Shown here piece after piece: positions 46,903 to 56,984 of a stretch of DNA of 64,000 nucleotides. A program made the position numbers and the translations under genes. Each line of letters begins with the position of its first letter. Within the stretch, counting starts at the first letter, position 1. The stretch is from the NCBI GenBank assembly GCA_045536935.1, contig JAZSOO010000019.1:1813-65812 (forward strand), in the 5' to 3' direction. The DNA is from Eubacteriales bacterium. Its GTDB lineage: Bacteria; Bacillota; Clostridia; Oscillospirales; CAG-382. Below the pieces are notes generated by a model. It was not told the DNA's origin, made no database searches, and saw only the letters and a list, made by a program, of their open reading frames with translations.

Positions 46903-48174
46903 TTATCTGTTTGTTATAAATACTTTTAACAACGAATCCAATTTATTTGTCATACCGCAAACGTAAGCGGTTACGGGAGATATTGTTGAAGATTCAAAAT
47001 CCTTCTTCACAAGAAATTCATCGGGAAAGTACGCCTTGAAAAGTGAATCGGTACAAGCTTTGAACCGTTCGTCGGTATAATCGAAAATACCGAGAAGTTC
47101 AAGAACCGACGCACAGATCTCTTCAGACGTTGATCTATTACCGATAGAAACACGTTCGCCGAAATATAGTTCGGTCGTTTCGGTATCTTCATATCTTAAC
47201 GCCGTGGTCTTTACGTCCTTATCAAGGCAGACGAAGAAGAAATAATTATCGTAATCGGAAATCGGAAAGTTTGCCTTTGCAAAGTTCGCAAGAGTGCCGA
47301 AGCTTGTTTCGGCAAAGTCGAGATCGAAATCAATAGGTCTTGTTCCGACGATGCCCGAATGGTCAAAATAGGCAGGCTCGTAGGTTATCTGCACGCTATT
47401 GCCGTATTGTTCGGACTGTGACTTAAGATAATCCATCGCCGTTGCGATCTTGTTATGGAAGGCTTCTTCCTGACCTGCCGAAAATTCGGTTTCGTTATCC
47501 GAAACAAAAAGCTCTATAACGAGGATCTTTCCCGAAAAGTCGCAAAGCGAACCGAGATTTGAATACGTCGGGTCTATATTTACGGTTTCTTTCTTTGGGT
47601 TGATATGATATATGCCGTTTTCCAAAAGCCATTTATCTTCACGTTTGACGGCTTTCAAGACCACGTCTTTGCCCGAAACCGTTTTTGCATTTATGATCTT
47701 TGCGTTTTCATCTTCGGTATCCGAAACGGAAACGGTATTCGTATCGACAAAATCGTCATAACCGCTTCCTGCATGGTAAAATACCTTTGTTTTGCCGTCG
47801 GCATTTGAAATTGCTTTTTCGCCGTACTGCGGATATTCGAGGAAAAACGTTTTGTCGTTACTTTCCTGAACGTAGGTTGAATTCAACAGTTCTTCCACGG
47901 AAGAAAAATTATGAAACTCATTACCCTCCGCCAACGTTACCGAAAGAGAACCGTCATATTCTCCAAAAAGAGAATTGCAGACGAACATCTCGGTTATTTT
48001 ACGGTCACGTTCTATCAATTCGACCGCCGTTTCGTTTGTGAACAGTGCTTGGCTTACGTCGGAAGAGCTTTCATCAGAACCGTCGTTTCCGCAAGCACAA
48101 AAACCCACCGCAAGGAAGGCTATGATAAGCAATAATATTAAATTATTTCGTAAGCAATAATTATTATATTTCAT
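46903..48174 (-). CDS. putative lipoprotein, unknown function
   Basis: 423 aa. N-terminal MKYNNYCLRNNLILLLIIAFLAVGFCACGNDG (positive n-region, hydrophobic core, Cys in a lipobox-like context). I recognise no catalytic motif. Confidence 0.7.
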   Translation of the reverse strand: MKYNNYCLRNNLILLLIIAFLAVGFCACGNDGSDESSSDVSQALFTNETAVELIERDRKITEMFVCNSLFGEYDGSLSVTLAEGNEFHNFSSVEELLNSTYVQESNDKTFFLEYPQYGEKAISNADGKTKVFYHAGSGYDDFVDTNTVSVSDTEDENAKIINAKTVSGKDVVLKAVKREDKWLLENGIYHINPKKETVNIDPTYSNLGSLCDFSGKILVIELFVSDNETEFSAGQEEAFHNKIATAMDYLKSQSEQYGNSVQITYEPAYFDHSGIVGTRPIDFDLDFAETSFGTLANFAKANFPISDYDNYFFFVCLDKDVKTTALRYEDTETTELYFGERVSIGNRSTSEEICASVLELLGIFDYTDERFKACTDSLFKAYFPDEFLVKKDFESSTISPVTAYVCGMTNKLDSLLKVFITNR

Positions 48175-48183
48175 ATCATTATG

Positions 48184-48212
48184 ATTATAACAGACAAACG
48201 CCCCGATATCAA
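48184..48212 (-). promoter_or_regulatory. near-consensus sigma-A promoter abutting the lipoprotein ATG (leaderless-type arrangement)
   Basis: Minus strand reads TTGATA (48212-48207), 17 nt, TATAAT (48189-48184), then only 9 nt (CATAATGAT) before the ATG at 48174. No SD is present. Confidence 0.55.
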
Positions 48213-48224
48213 TAGAAAATTGTC

Positions 48225-48830
48225 TTAAAAAAGAATATTCTCACGCACAACACGCTTGATTTTTACCTTTTCACCGAAAAAGGCGGCAACGTAGGAAGGA
48301 TTGAGATAATCATTGCCTGCTGCATTGAGTTCCACACGTGCAATTATGCCGTTTTCGACCCTTTCGGCAGAAATGAATTTTGCCATGGGAGAGATATCGA
48401 CGACCTTTTCCCCTGCCTTTGAACGCTTGACGACCTTCATCTCTCCGTCGAATGCCGAAGCAAATTCCTCGGGAGTTATCTCGGTCATAAGTTCAAGCCG
48501 CCAAAGTGCAGTTTTTGTTTTTGGTTTTCCTTCGGGAAAGCTCACGGAAATTATATCCATTCCGGGAAAAGACGATTTTTTGAGTTTTTCCTCAATCTCT
48601 TCAAGAGGAACGTTCTCTGTTATCTTAAAATCGAAAAGCTCACGTTCGCCTTCCTGATAGATAGAAAGCGGAAGTGCAATATTCAACTTCGGATGGGGGT
48701 TAAAGCCCTCGCTGTAGCCTATAGGAAGACTGCTTCTGACGAGCATTCTTGCTATTGCACGTTGAAGGTCGAGATGAGAGATATATTTAAGTTTACCGAG
48801 CTTTGTAAAGCAAACACGTACGTCAGTCAT
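48225..48830 (-). CDS. radical SAM-linked protein (TIGR03936/DUF2344-like), function unknown
   Basis: 201 aa from ATG 48830, with GGAGG ~8 nt upstream. ..VRVCFTKLGKLKYISHLDLQRAIARMLVRSSLPIGYSEGFNPHPK... Overlaps the upstream radical SAM gene by 8 nt. Confidence 0.8.
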   Translation of the reverse strand: MTDVRVCFTKLGKLKYISHLDLQRAIARMLVRSSLPIGYSEGFNPHPKLNIALPLSIYQEGERELFDFKITENVPLEEIEEKLKKSSFPGMDIISVSFPEGKPKTKTALWRLELMTEITPEEFASAFDGEMKVVKRSKAGEKVVDISPMAKFISAERVENGIIARVELNAAGNDYLNPSYVAAFFGEKVKIKRVVRENILF

Positions 48831-50688
48831 TGTCTTTACCTCCGTCGCAAACACATTTTCCGTTGCAAAGGCTTGCAGCGCCGCAGCCCGAGCATTTGGT
48901 CTTACAGTCGGGGGTGGTTTCTGCTTTGAGTGCCTTTTTGTATTCGTTCTTCATAAACTTCTTCGTTACGCCGATATCTATGAAGTCCCAAGGGAGTATC
49001 TCATCCTCGCCGAAGCGACGGTTTGCATAGAAAGAAGGGTCGATTCCGCAATCTGAAAAGACGTTGTTCCAATTATCATAGCTGAAATATTCGTCCCAGC
49101 CGTCGAGCATCATATTTCTGTTATAGGCTTCCTCCAAGCACTTTGAAAGCCTTCTGTCTCCGCGTGCGAAAACGGCTTCGATACGGGAAACACGGGCATC
49201 GTGGTATTTATATGATATCTTCTTTGTGGTTATTTTGGATTTCAAGAGCTGTTGTTTTCTTTCAAGCTCTTCCAACGTGTCCTGTCCTTCCCATTGGAAC
49301 GGTGTGAATGGCTTTGGCACGAAGCAGGAAACGCTTACGGTTACGTTAACTCCCCTGCCGCCGTTTTTACGTTTTTTGGAATAGTATGTATCAACGATAT
49401 TCTGTCCGAGCGACGCTATACCGCAGATGTCCTCGTCGGTTTCTGTGGGAAGTCCGTTCATAAAATATAGCTTGAGGCTGTTTCTTCCGCCGTCGAACGC
49501 TTTTTCGCAAGCGGTTATTATTTCTTCCTCGGTTATGTTCTTATTGATAACGTCACGAAGTCTTTGCGTTCCTGCTTCGGGAGCAAAGGTAAGACCGCTT
49601 TTGCGGACGGAGGACACCTTTTCGAGCAATTCTTCATAGAAATTATCTATTCTCATAGACGGCAAAGAAAGGTTTACGTTCTTCTTGTTCGTCCAAGGGA
49701 GAAGCTTATCGATAAGCTCGGGAAGATGGGTATAGTCGCTTATAGAAAGCGAGGTCAACGATATCTCGGTATAGCCCGAATGGTCTATCGATCTTTTTGC
49801 GTTTTCGTTGAGAACCTCGGGGGATTTTTCACGGTACGGACGCGAGACCATACCTGCCTGGCAGAAACGGCAGCCTCTTATACAGCCACGGAAAACCTCC
49901 AGCATTACACGGTCGTGAACCGTTTCCAAGAAGGGGACCGAGCAATCACAGGGGAAATACACCTCGTCGAGATTGCTTATGATACGTTTAGTGATCTTTT
50001 CGGGAACGCCTTCTCGGTTAGGCTTGAAGGAAGAAATCGTGCCGTCCTCGTTATATTCAACGTCGTAAAGCGAGGGTACGTAGAAGCCGTCAAGCTTTGA
50101 TGCACGGTAGAGTATTTCCTCACGTGAAACACCCTGTTTTTTACATTCGTTGACAAGGTTTGCAAGCTCTAAAAGTGCGTCTTCGCCTTCGCCTATCGAG
50201 AAAATATCGATAAAACCGGCTATCGGTTCGGGGTTATAAGCGCAGGGACCGCCTGCGATAACTATCGGGTCGGATTCGCTTCTATCCTTTGAAAGCAAAG
50301 GAATATTGCCGAGTCCGAGCATCTGCAAAACGTTGGTATAGCAAAGCTCGTACTGCAGCGTGAATGCAACTATATCGAATACGTTAAGCGGATCTCCGCT
50401 TTCGAGCGCATAGAGGGGCATTTTATGTTTTATAAGCTGTTCACGCATATCGGGCCAAGGCATATAGCTTCGTTCACAGCTTATATATCCCGTATTGTTA
50501 AAGCAACCCGAAAGAATCTTCATTCCGAGGTTGGACATACCTATCTCATAGGTATCGGGAAAGCAGAAGCAAACACGCAATTCTGCATTTTCGGGGTTTG
50601 GAATATCGGAAGCATACTCTCCTCCGACATAGCGCCCCGGCTTTTCTACGTTTTCAAGCAGAGGTGCATATTTTTCGTAATCTATCAA
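48823..50688 (-). CDS. radical SAM protein (TIGR03960-like, B12-binding-like N-terminal domain), function unknown
   Basis: 621 aa. ..VEKPGRYVGGE.. N-terminus and CxxxCxxC cluster motif CIRGCRFCQAG. TTG start at 50688 with AAGGAG 7 nt upstream, overlapping the uvrA stop (TTGA). Confidence 0.85.
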   Translation of the reverse strand: MIDYEKYAPLLENVEKPGRYVGGEYASDIPNPENAELRVCFCFPDTYEIGMSNLGMKILSGCFNNTGYISCERSYMPWPDMREQLIKHKMPLYALESGDPLNVFDIVAFTLQYELCYTNVLQMLGLGNIPLLSKDRSESDPIVIAGGPCAYNPEPIAGFIDIFSIGEGEDALLELANLVNECKKQGVSREEILYRASKLDGFYVPSLYDVEYNEDGTISSFKPNREGVPEKITKRIISNLDEVYFPCDCSVPFLETVHDRVMLEVFRGCIRGCRFCQAGMVSRPYREKSPEVLNENAKRSIDHSGYTEISLTSLSISDYTHLPELIDKLLPWTNKKNVNLSLPSMRIDNFYEELLEKVSSVRKSGLTFAPEAGTQRLRDVINKNITEEEIITACEKAFDGGRNSLKLYFMNGLPTETDEDICGIASLGQNIVDTYYSKKRKNGGRGVNVTVSVSCFVPKPFTPFQWEGQDTLEELERKQQLLKSKITTKKISYKYHDARVSRIEAVFARGDRRLSKCLEEAYNRNMMLDGWDEYFSYDNWNNVFSDCGIDPSFYANRRFGEDEILPWDFIDIGVTKKFMKNEYKKALKAETTPDCKTKCSGCGAASLCNGKCVCDGGKDND

Positions 50689-53489
50689 TTTAATTTCTCC
50701 TTAAGGTAAAATCCTGTATAGCTGTTTTCGTTCTTTGCAACCTCTTCGGGTGTGCCCTTTGCGACGATACGTCCGCCCGCATCACCGCCGTCGGGACCGA
50801 GGTCGATTATATAATCGGCTGTTTTTATAAGGTCGAGATTATGCTCGATAACAACCACAGAGTTGCCTGCATCAACAAGCTTTTGCAAGACGGATACAAG
50901 CTTGTTAACGTCGTCGGTATGCAAGCCGGTCGTAGGCTCGTCAAGCACGTAAAGCGTTTTGCCCGTTGCACGTTTTGCAAGTTCGTTTGCAAGCTTTACA
51001 CGCTGTGCCTCACCGCCCGAAAGAGTTGTGGCAGGCTGACCTATCTTGACGTAGCCGAGTCCTACGTCGCAGAGGGTATCGAGCTTTCTCTTGATTGACG
51101 GATAGTTTTGGAAGAATTCTCTTCCCTCCTCGCAGGTCATTTCAAGCACGTCGTAGATAGACTTGCCTTTATATTTAATTTCAAGTGTTTCATGGTTATA
51201 GCGTCTTCCCTTACAAACGTCGCAGGTGACGTAAACGTCGGGAAGGAAGTGCATTTCGATAGTCAACGTACCGTCGCCACGGCAGGATTCACAGCGTCCG
51301 CCCTTTACGTTGAAGGAAAATCTGCCTTCGCTGTAGCCTCTTGCCTTTGCCTCCGGTGTTGATGCAAACACGGCACGTATATCGTTGAAAAGTCCGATAT
51401 AGGTTGCAGGGTTGGAACGGGGGTTGCGTCCTATCGGGGATTGGTCGATCTGGATTATCTTATCAATATCGTCAGCACCGATAATTTCTTTATGCTTTCC
51501 GGGTATTACCGAAAGTTTACCGAGCTTTCTTGCAAGGGTATTATACAATACCGAATTTACAAGGCTTGATTTACCCGAGCCCGAAACACCCGTAACGCAA
51601 ACGAATTTACCGAGAGGTATTGTAACGTCGATATCCTTAAGGTTATTTTCCTTTGCGCCGACAACGGTTATAAACCCGCCGTTGCCCAAACGGCGCTGTT
51701 TGGGTACAGAAACGCTTTTCTTGCCCGAAAGGTATTGTCCCGTTATAGATTCCTTGCATTTCTTTATCTGCGCAGGTGTGCCCGTGAATACGACCTCACC
51801 GCCGTGAACACCTGCACCGGGACCGATATCGACGAGGAAATCGGCTTCTTCTATCGTTTCTTCATCATGCTCTACGACCAAGACGGTATTGCCGATATCA
51901 CGGAGCTTTTTGAGGGTATTTATCAATTTTTGGTTGTCACGTTGGTGAAGACCTATGCTCGGTTCGTCAAGAACGTACATAACGCCGACAAGCGAGCTTC
52001 CTATTTGCGTTGCAAGACGTATTCTCTGTGCTTCACCGCCCGAAAGCGAGCCTGCTTTACGGGAAAGCGTTAAATATCCTAATCCTACGTTTTCAAGGAA
52101 GGACAGACGTGCATTTATTTCTTTTAAAATTTCTTTCGCTATTTCCTGATGTGTTTTCGACAATTTGAGCGTTGCGAAAAACTTTCTTGCTTTTATTACC
52201 GAAAGGTTGCAAAGCTCGGATATATTCAAACCGCCGACGGTTACGGCAAGGGATTCTTTTTTAAGACGCATTCCGTTACATTCGGGGCAAGGAATATAGT
52301 CCATAAACTGCTCGTAATACTCACGGGTCTCATATCCTCCGCCCATTTTATAGCGTTTATCTATCATACCGATAACACCCTTGAAGGACGGTTCCGCAAC
52401 CGATTTACGCTTGCGCTTATTACCGTACATAAGAACGCTGAAGGCTTCTTCGGAATAATCGCATATCGGGGTATGAACGTCAAAGCCGTGATATCTGCCG
52501 ACAGAATTTATAAGCTCGGCAAAATATCCGCCCGGTTCGGCACTCTTAAAGCCGTTGCAGACTATGGCGCCTGCAAATATGGAAACGGTTTTATCGGGGA
52601 TAAGCTTTTCTTCGGAAAAAACGTTATTTTCGCCCAAGCCCGAGCAAGCCTCGCAAGCGCCCGAAGGGTTATTGAAGGAGAACATACGGGGGGTTAGTTC
52701 ACCTATCGAAACACCGTGGGTCTTGCAGGCATAGTTCTGCGAAAAGGTCATTTCGTTATCGTCGTCGGGAGAATCGGGGAAGAAGATCTTTATTATTCCG
52801 CCTGCGAGCTTTGAAGAAGTTTCTATACTTTCTGCAAGTCGGGAACGTATATCCCCTCTCATAACAAGACGGTCGACGACGATATCTATATCGTGTTTTA
52901 TGTTTTTATCAAGTTCTATCTTCTCTGAAAGGTCGTACATTATTCCGTCAACACGGACACGTACGTAACCGCTTTTTCTTGCGTCTTCAAACACCTTCTC
53001 GTGCATACCCTTTTTCGCCGAAACGACGGGTGCAAGCACGATGAAACGTGTTCCCTCTTCAAGCTCGGAGATATGTTCGACGATCTCATCGACCGATTGC
53101 TGATTTATCTCCTCACCGCAAACGGGACAGTGGGGTACACCGATCCTTGCATAGAGCAAGCGGAGATAATCGTATATTTCGGTTGCCGTACCGACAGTCG
53201 AGCGAGGGTTGCGTGACGTCGTTTTCTGGTCTATCGATATTGCGGGAGAAAGTCCGTCTATCATATCAACGTCGGGCTTGTCAAGCTGACCCAAAAACAT
53301 TCTTGCATAGGACGAAAGCGATTCTACAAAACGACGGTGTCCTTCGGCATATAGGGTATCGAAAGCAAGGCTCGATTTACCCGAACCCGAAAGTCCCGTG
53401 AACACAACGAGCTTATCACGGGGTATCGTTACCGAAATATCCTTTAAATTATGAACTCTTGCGCCTTTTACAACGATTTTATCAGACAT
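50685..53489 (-). CDS. uvrA: excinuclease ABC subunit A
   Basis: 934 aa. Two ABC modules ([18 protein letters not shown]) and zinc-finger Cys pairs. Confidence 0.97.
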   Translation of the reverse strand: MSDKIVVKGARVHNLKDISVTIPRDKLVVFTGLSGSGKSSLAFDTLYAEGHRRFVESLSSYARMFLGQLDKPDVDMIDGLSPAISIDQKTTSRNPRSTVGTATEIYDYLRLLYARIGVPHCPVCGEEINQQSVDEIVEHISELEEGTRFIVLAPVVSAKKGMHEKVFEDARKSGYVRVRVDGIMYDLSEKIELDKNIKHDIDIVVDRLVMRGDIRSRLAESIETSSKLAGGIIKIFFPDSPDDDNEMTFSQNYACKTHGVSIGELTPRMFSFNNPSGACEACSGLGENNVFSEEKLIPDKTVSIFAGAIVCNGFKSAEPGGYFAELINSVGRYHGFDVHTPICDYSEEAFSVLMYGNKRKRKSVAEPSFKGVIGMIDKRYKMGGGYETREYYEQFMDYIPCPECNGMRLKKESLAVTVGGLNISELCNLSVIKARKFFATLKLSKTHQEIAKEILKEINARLSFLENVGLGYLTLSRKAGSLSGGEAQRIRLATQIGSSLVGVMYVLDEPSIGLHQRDNQKLINTLKKLRDIGNTVLVVEHDEETIEEADFLVDIGPGAGVHGGEVVFTGTPAQIKKCKESITGQYLSGKKSVSVPKQRRLGNGGFITVVGAKENNLKDIDVTIPLGKFVCVTGVSGSGKSSLVNSVLYNTLARKLGKLSVIPGKHKEIIGADDIDKIIQIDQSPIGRNPRSNPATYIGLFNDIRAVFASTPEAKARGYSEGRFSFNVKGGRCESCRGDGTLTIEMHFLPDVYVTCDVCKGRRYNHETLEIKYKGKSIYDVLEMTCEEGREFFQNYPSIKRKLDTLCDVGLGYVKIGQPATTLSGGEAQRVKLANELAKRATGKTLYVLDEPTTGLHTDDVNKLVSVLQKLVDAGNSVVVIEHNLDLIKTADYIIDLGPDGGDAGGRIVAKGTPEEVAKNENSYTGFYLKEKLN

Positions 53490-53500
53490 ATTTTCACCTA

Positions 53501-55456
53501 TTACATTAAACGTCTTATCCTGTCACGTATCATTGCCGCAGTTTCAAAATCAAGGTCCTTTGCGGCACGTTTCATATCGGCAGTAAGCTTATCGATAAGC
53601 TTCTTCTTATCTTCTTTCGAAAGTTTCTTATTCTTTTCAAGTTTTTCCGCTTCCTTCTTCGAGGTTATCTCTATCGGAGCACGGATATCTTTTACTATCG
53701 TCTTGGGTGTTATGCCGTTTGCTTTATTATAAGCATCCTGAATCTTACGGCGGCGGTTGGTTTCGCCTATTGCACGCCTCATAGATTCGGTTTCGGTATC
53801 AGCATACATTATAACCTTGCCTTCGGCGTTTCTCGCTGCTCTGCCTATTGTCTGCACGAGCGATATCTCGCTTCGCAAGAAGCCTTCTTTATCGGCATCT
53901 AATATCGCAACGAGAGATACTTCGGGAAGGTCAAGCCCTTCTCTTAAAAGGTTTATACCGACGAGAACGTCAAATTCGCCTGCACGAAGTCCACGAAGGA
54001 TATCCATTCGTTCCATCGTGTCGATATCGTAATGCATATAACGGCATTTGATTCCCGAAAGCTCGAAAAATTCGGTCAGGTCTTCCGCCATTTTCTTTGT
54101 TAAGGTCGTCACCAAAACTCTTTCTTTTTTTGCGGCACGGATCCTTATTTCGCCTGCGAGGTCGTCTATCTGTCCTTTTGTCGGGCGGACTTCAACGACA
54201 GGGTCAAGCAAGCCCGTGGGACGGATTATCTGCTCTACCAAGCGGGTTGAAAGCGAGCGTTCGTATTCCTTCGGGGTTGCGCTTACGTATATCGTCTGTC
54301 CGCGTTTTTCGTTAAACTCATCGAAAACGAGAGGACGGTTATCATAAGCGGAAGGCAGACGGAAGCCGTAATCGATAAGGTTCTTTTTACGTGCTCTATC
54401 CCCTGCCGCCATACCACGAACCTGCGGAAGCATAACGTGGCTTTCGTCAACGAACATAATGAAGTCCGACGGGAAATAGTCAAGCAAGGTATAGGGTGCA
54501 CTCCCCGGCTCTCTGCCCGAAAGGACACGGGAATAGTTTTCAACACCCGAGCAGAAGCCTATCTCACGAATCTGTTCAACGTCGAACATAGTACGTTCAC
54601 GGATACGCTGGGCTTCTATGAATTTATTTTCTTTCTCGAAATATTCGATTCTTTCGTCAAGCTCTTTAACGATCTCGTCAAGAGCTTTTTTGCGTGTTTC
54701 CGACGAGGTTACGTAGTGAGAAGCAGGATATATCGCAACGTAAGACATATCGGCAACCGCTTCGCCCGTTACGACGTTGATCTTACAGATACGGTCGACC
54801 TCGTCACCGAACAGCTCTACTCTTACGGCATCGGTATCGGTATTCGACGGGAATATATCTATAACGTCGCCTCTTACACGGAAGTTATTACGTTCAAAGC
54901 CTATATCGCTTCTGCCGTATTGCAGGGCAACAAGACGTTTGATAATATCATCTCTCGGAAAGGTAGTTTCCCTTCTTATCGAAAGGACCTGTTCGGCATA
55001 TTCCGAGGGGTCGCCGAGAGAATAGATACAGCTTACAGAAGCAACGATGATAACGTCACGCCTTTCGAAAAGCGAGCTTGTTGCCGAATGTCGTAGTTTG
55101 TCTATCTCGGCATTCGTTGCGGCATCTTTTTCGATATAAATATCCTTACCCGGAACGTAGGCTTCGGGTTGGTAATAGTCGTAATATGAAACAAAGAACT
55201 CAACGGCGTTTTCGGGGAAAAATTCACGCATTTCCGAGCAGACCTGCGCCGCAAGAGTTTTATTCGGCTCGAGTATTATTGCAGGGCGGTTCGATTGGGC
55301 AATAATATTAGCCATTGTAAAGGTTTTGCCCGAGCCCGTAACACCGATGAGAGTTTGGTCTCTATCGCCGTTTTTGAGTCCTTCAACAAGCGCACTTATT
55401 GCTTCGGGCTGGTCGCCTGTCGGCGCAAAATCCGAAACGAGTTTGAATTGTCCCAT
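53501..55456 (-). CDS. uvrB: excinuclease ABC subunit B
   Basis: 651 aa. ..[10 protein letters not shown].. helicase motifs and C-terminal UVR domain ..[16 protein letters not shown]... Confidence 0.97.
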   Translation of the reverse strand: MGQFKLVSDFAPTGDQPEAISALVEGLKNGDRDQTLIGVTGSGKTFTMANIIAQSNRPAIILEPNKTLAAQVCSEMREFFPENAVEFFVSYYDYYQPEAYVPGKDIYIEKDAATNAEIDKLRHSATSSLFERRDVIIVASVSCIYSLGDPSEYAEQVLSIRRETTFPRDDIIKRLVALQYGRSDIGFERNNFRVRGDVIDIFPSNTDTDAVRVELFGDEVDRICKINVVTGEAVADMSYVAIYPASHYVTSSETRKKALDEIVKELDERIEYFEKENKFIEAQRIRERTMFDVEQIREIGFCSGVENYSRVLSGREPGSAPYTLLDYFPSDFIMFVDESHVMLPQVRGMAAGDRARKKNLIDYGFRLPSAYDNRPLVFDEFNEKRGQTIYVSATPKEYERSLSTRLVEQIIRPTGLLDPVVEVRPTKGQIDDLAGEIRIRAAKKERVLVTTLTKKMAEDLTEFFELSGIKCRYMHYDIDTMERMDILRGLRAGEFDVLVGINLLREGLDLPEVSLVAILDADKEGFLRSEISLVQTIGRAARNAEGKVIMYADTETESMRRAIGETNRRRKIQDAYNKANGITPKTIVKDIRAPIEITSKKEAEKLEKNKKLSKEDKKKLIDKLTADMKRAAKDLDFETAAMIRDRIRRLM

Positions 55457-55566
55457 ACCGCACCTCTCTCTTGAAATTATTAGTATATTATTTTACCACA
55501 AAAACGCAGAAATTAAAAGGGGATTTGTCAAGTTTTTTAGAAAACGGGGCATTATTTTCTATCAAT

Positions 55567-56850
55567 TTATATCAATCTGTTATTTATTGCCGAAGCGATG
55601 CTTATGGAAGTGTTGCCAAAGCGTTTTTTTATATTATCAACGGCGTTTTCGAGGGAGTTCAGTTTTTTATATTTTTCTTCCCAAGGGAACGGGAAAAGGC
55701 TTTGTTGAAAGTCGTTTTCGTCTTGTCTTGTCAGTTTTTCGGCGTGGACCGTTAAAGAATAGAGGGCTTCGTTTTGCTTCAAATTAGATCTGATTATACC
55801 AATTGCTGTTTTTGATATCTCATGAAAAAGGCAGGTTGGGTGGGACAGCGTCGCCGAACGGTTTGACGTTGTCAGATCCTGTCGGCGCATCGTTACGGCA
55901 ACGTTATTACAGCAAAGTCCGTGTTTTCTTAATCTTTCGGCAACCGACAAAGAAAGATATGTCACGGCGAAGGAGATATCGAATTCGGTTTCGAGGTCGT
56001 ATTTAAAGGTCATTCCGTTGCTTACCGATTTCGGCTCGGGTTCATATCCCGAGGGTGTTACTTCGGAAAAATCACGTCCCAATGCAAAATTTTTAAGCAT
56101 CAAGCCGTTTTTGCCGAGTTTTTTTGAAAGAAGATCATCATCGCAGCAGGCAAGATCGCCTATCGTTCGTACACCGATCGAATCAAGTGCCCTAACGCTT
56201 GACGGGCCTACGAAAAGAAGACTTGAAACGTGCAAGGGCCAGACTATTGAAGCAAATCTGTCGGGCGGTATTACCGAGGTTGCGTTTGGTTTTTGAAGGT
56301 CGCTTCCCAATTTCGCAAAGACTTTATTAAAGGAAACGCCGATAGAAACGGTTATACCAAGCTCGTTTTTCACACGTTCACGAATCAAATCCGCTATTTC
56401 CCTTCCGTTACCGAAAAGCTTTAGAGAACCGGTCACGTCAAGCCAGCTTTCGTCGATACCGAAAGGTTCTATCATATCGGTATAGTCATAGAAGATACGG
56501 TTCATTTTTTGCGACATTTCGCCGTAAAGGCCGTAAGTCGGGCGCACGGTGACAAGCTCGGGGCATTTTCTTTTTGCAGACCATACCGTTTCCGCCGTTT
56601 TGATATTATATTTTGCGGCAAGCTCGTTTTTCGCCAATACGATGCCGTGACGGTCTTCCACGCTTCCGCAGACCGCCATAGGTACGTTTTTATACTCGGG
56701 ATGCAACGCCGTTTCGCAAGAAGCAAAAAAAGAATTTGCATCGCAATGCAATATCGTTCTGTATTTCTTCGGTTCAAAAGCGATATTCTGCGCGCTTTTG
56801 AAATTTGAAGTATACATTATTTTTGATTTATCGCTCGGTCCCATATACAT
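55567..56850 (-). CDS. Y-family DNA polymerase (Pol IV / UmuC-like)
   Basis: 427 aa. ..ILHCDANSFFASCE.. N-terminal catalytic motif and ..IDESWLDVTG... Preceded by an SOS-box promoter. Confidence 0.9.
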   Translation of the reverse strand: MYMGPSDKSKIMYTSNFKSAQNIAFEPKKYRTILHCDANSFFASCETALHPEYKNVPMAVCGSVEDRHGIVLAKNELAAKYNIKTAETVWSAKRKCPELVTVRPTYGLYGEMSQKMNRIFYDYTDMIEPFGIDESWLDVTGSLKLFGNGREIADLIRERVKNELGITVSIGVSFNKVFAKLGSDLQKPNATSVIPPDRFASIVWPLHVSSLLFVGPSSVRALDSIGVRTIGDLACCDDDLLSKKLGKNGLMLKNFALGRDFSEVTPSGYEPEPKSVSNGMTFKYDLETEFDISFAVTYLSLSVAERLRKHGLCCNNVAVTMRRQDLTTSNRSATLSHPTCLFHEISKTAIGIIRSNLKQNEALYSLTVHAEKLTRQDENDFQQSLFPFPWEEKYKKLNSLENAVDNIKKRFGNTSISIASAINNRLI

Positions 56851-56889
56851 TGAATCTTCCCTCTTTTCAAGGTTTTTTCAGACGTTTAT

Positions 56890-56932
56890 ATAATAACACC
56901 CGAACGAATGTTTGTCAAGAACAAATGTTCTT
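56890..56932 (-). promoter_or_regulatory. sigma-A promoter overlapped by two LexA (Cheo/SOS) boxes
   Basis: Minus strand reads TTGACA (56918-56913), 17 nt, TATTAT (56895-56890). Box 1 CGAACGAATGTTTG (56901-56914) lies in the spacer. Box 2 AGAACAAATGTTCT (56919-56932) abuts the -35. Both fit the Firmicutes GAAC-N4-GTTC consensus. Confidence 0.8.
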
Positions 56933-56943
56933 TTATGCAAAAA

Positions 56944-56975
56944 GAAAACGCCGAATTTTTACGTTCGGCGTTCTT
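56944..56975 (-). terminator. intrinsic terminator after the GT2 gene
   Basis: AACGCCGAA / TTCGGCGTT stem. On the minus strand it is followed by TTCTTTTT. Confidence 0.7.
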
Positions 56976-56984
56976 TATTAAGTA

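Noticed and set aside
55457-55566. LexA/Cheo box upstream of uvrB
   Set aside because: No GAAC-N4-GTTC-like sequence is present. Only a weak extended -10 (TGGTAAAAT) was seen.
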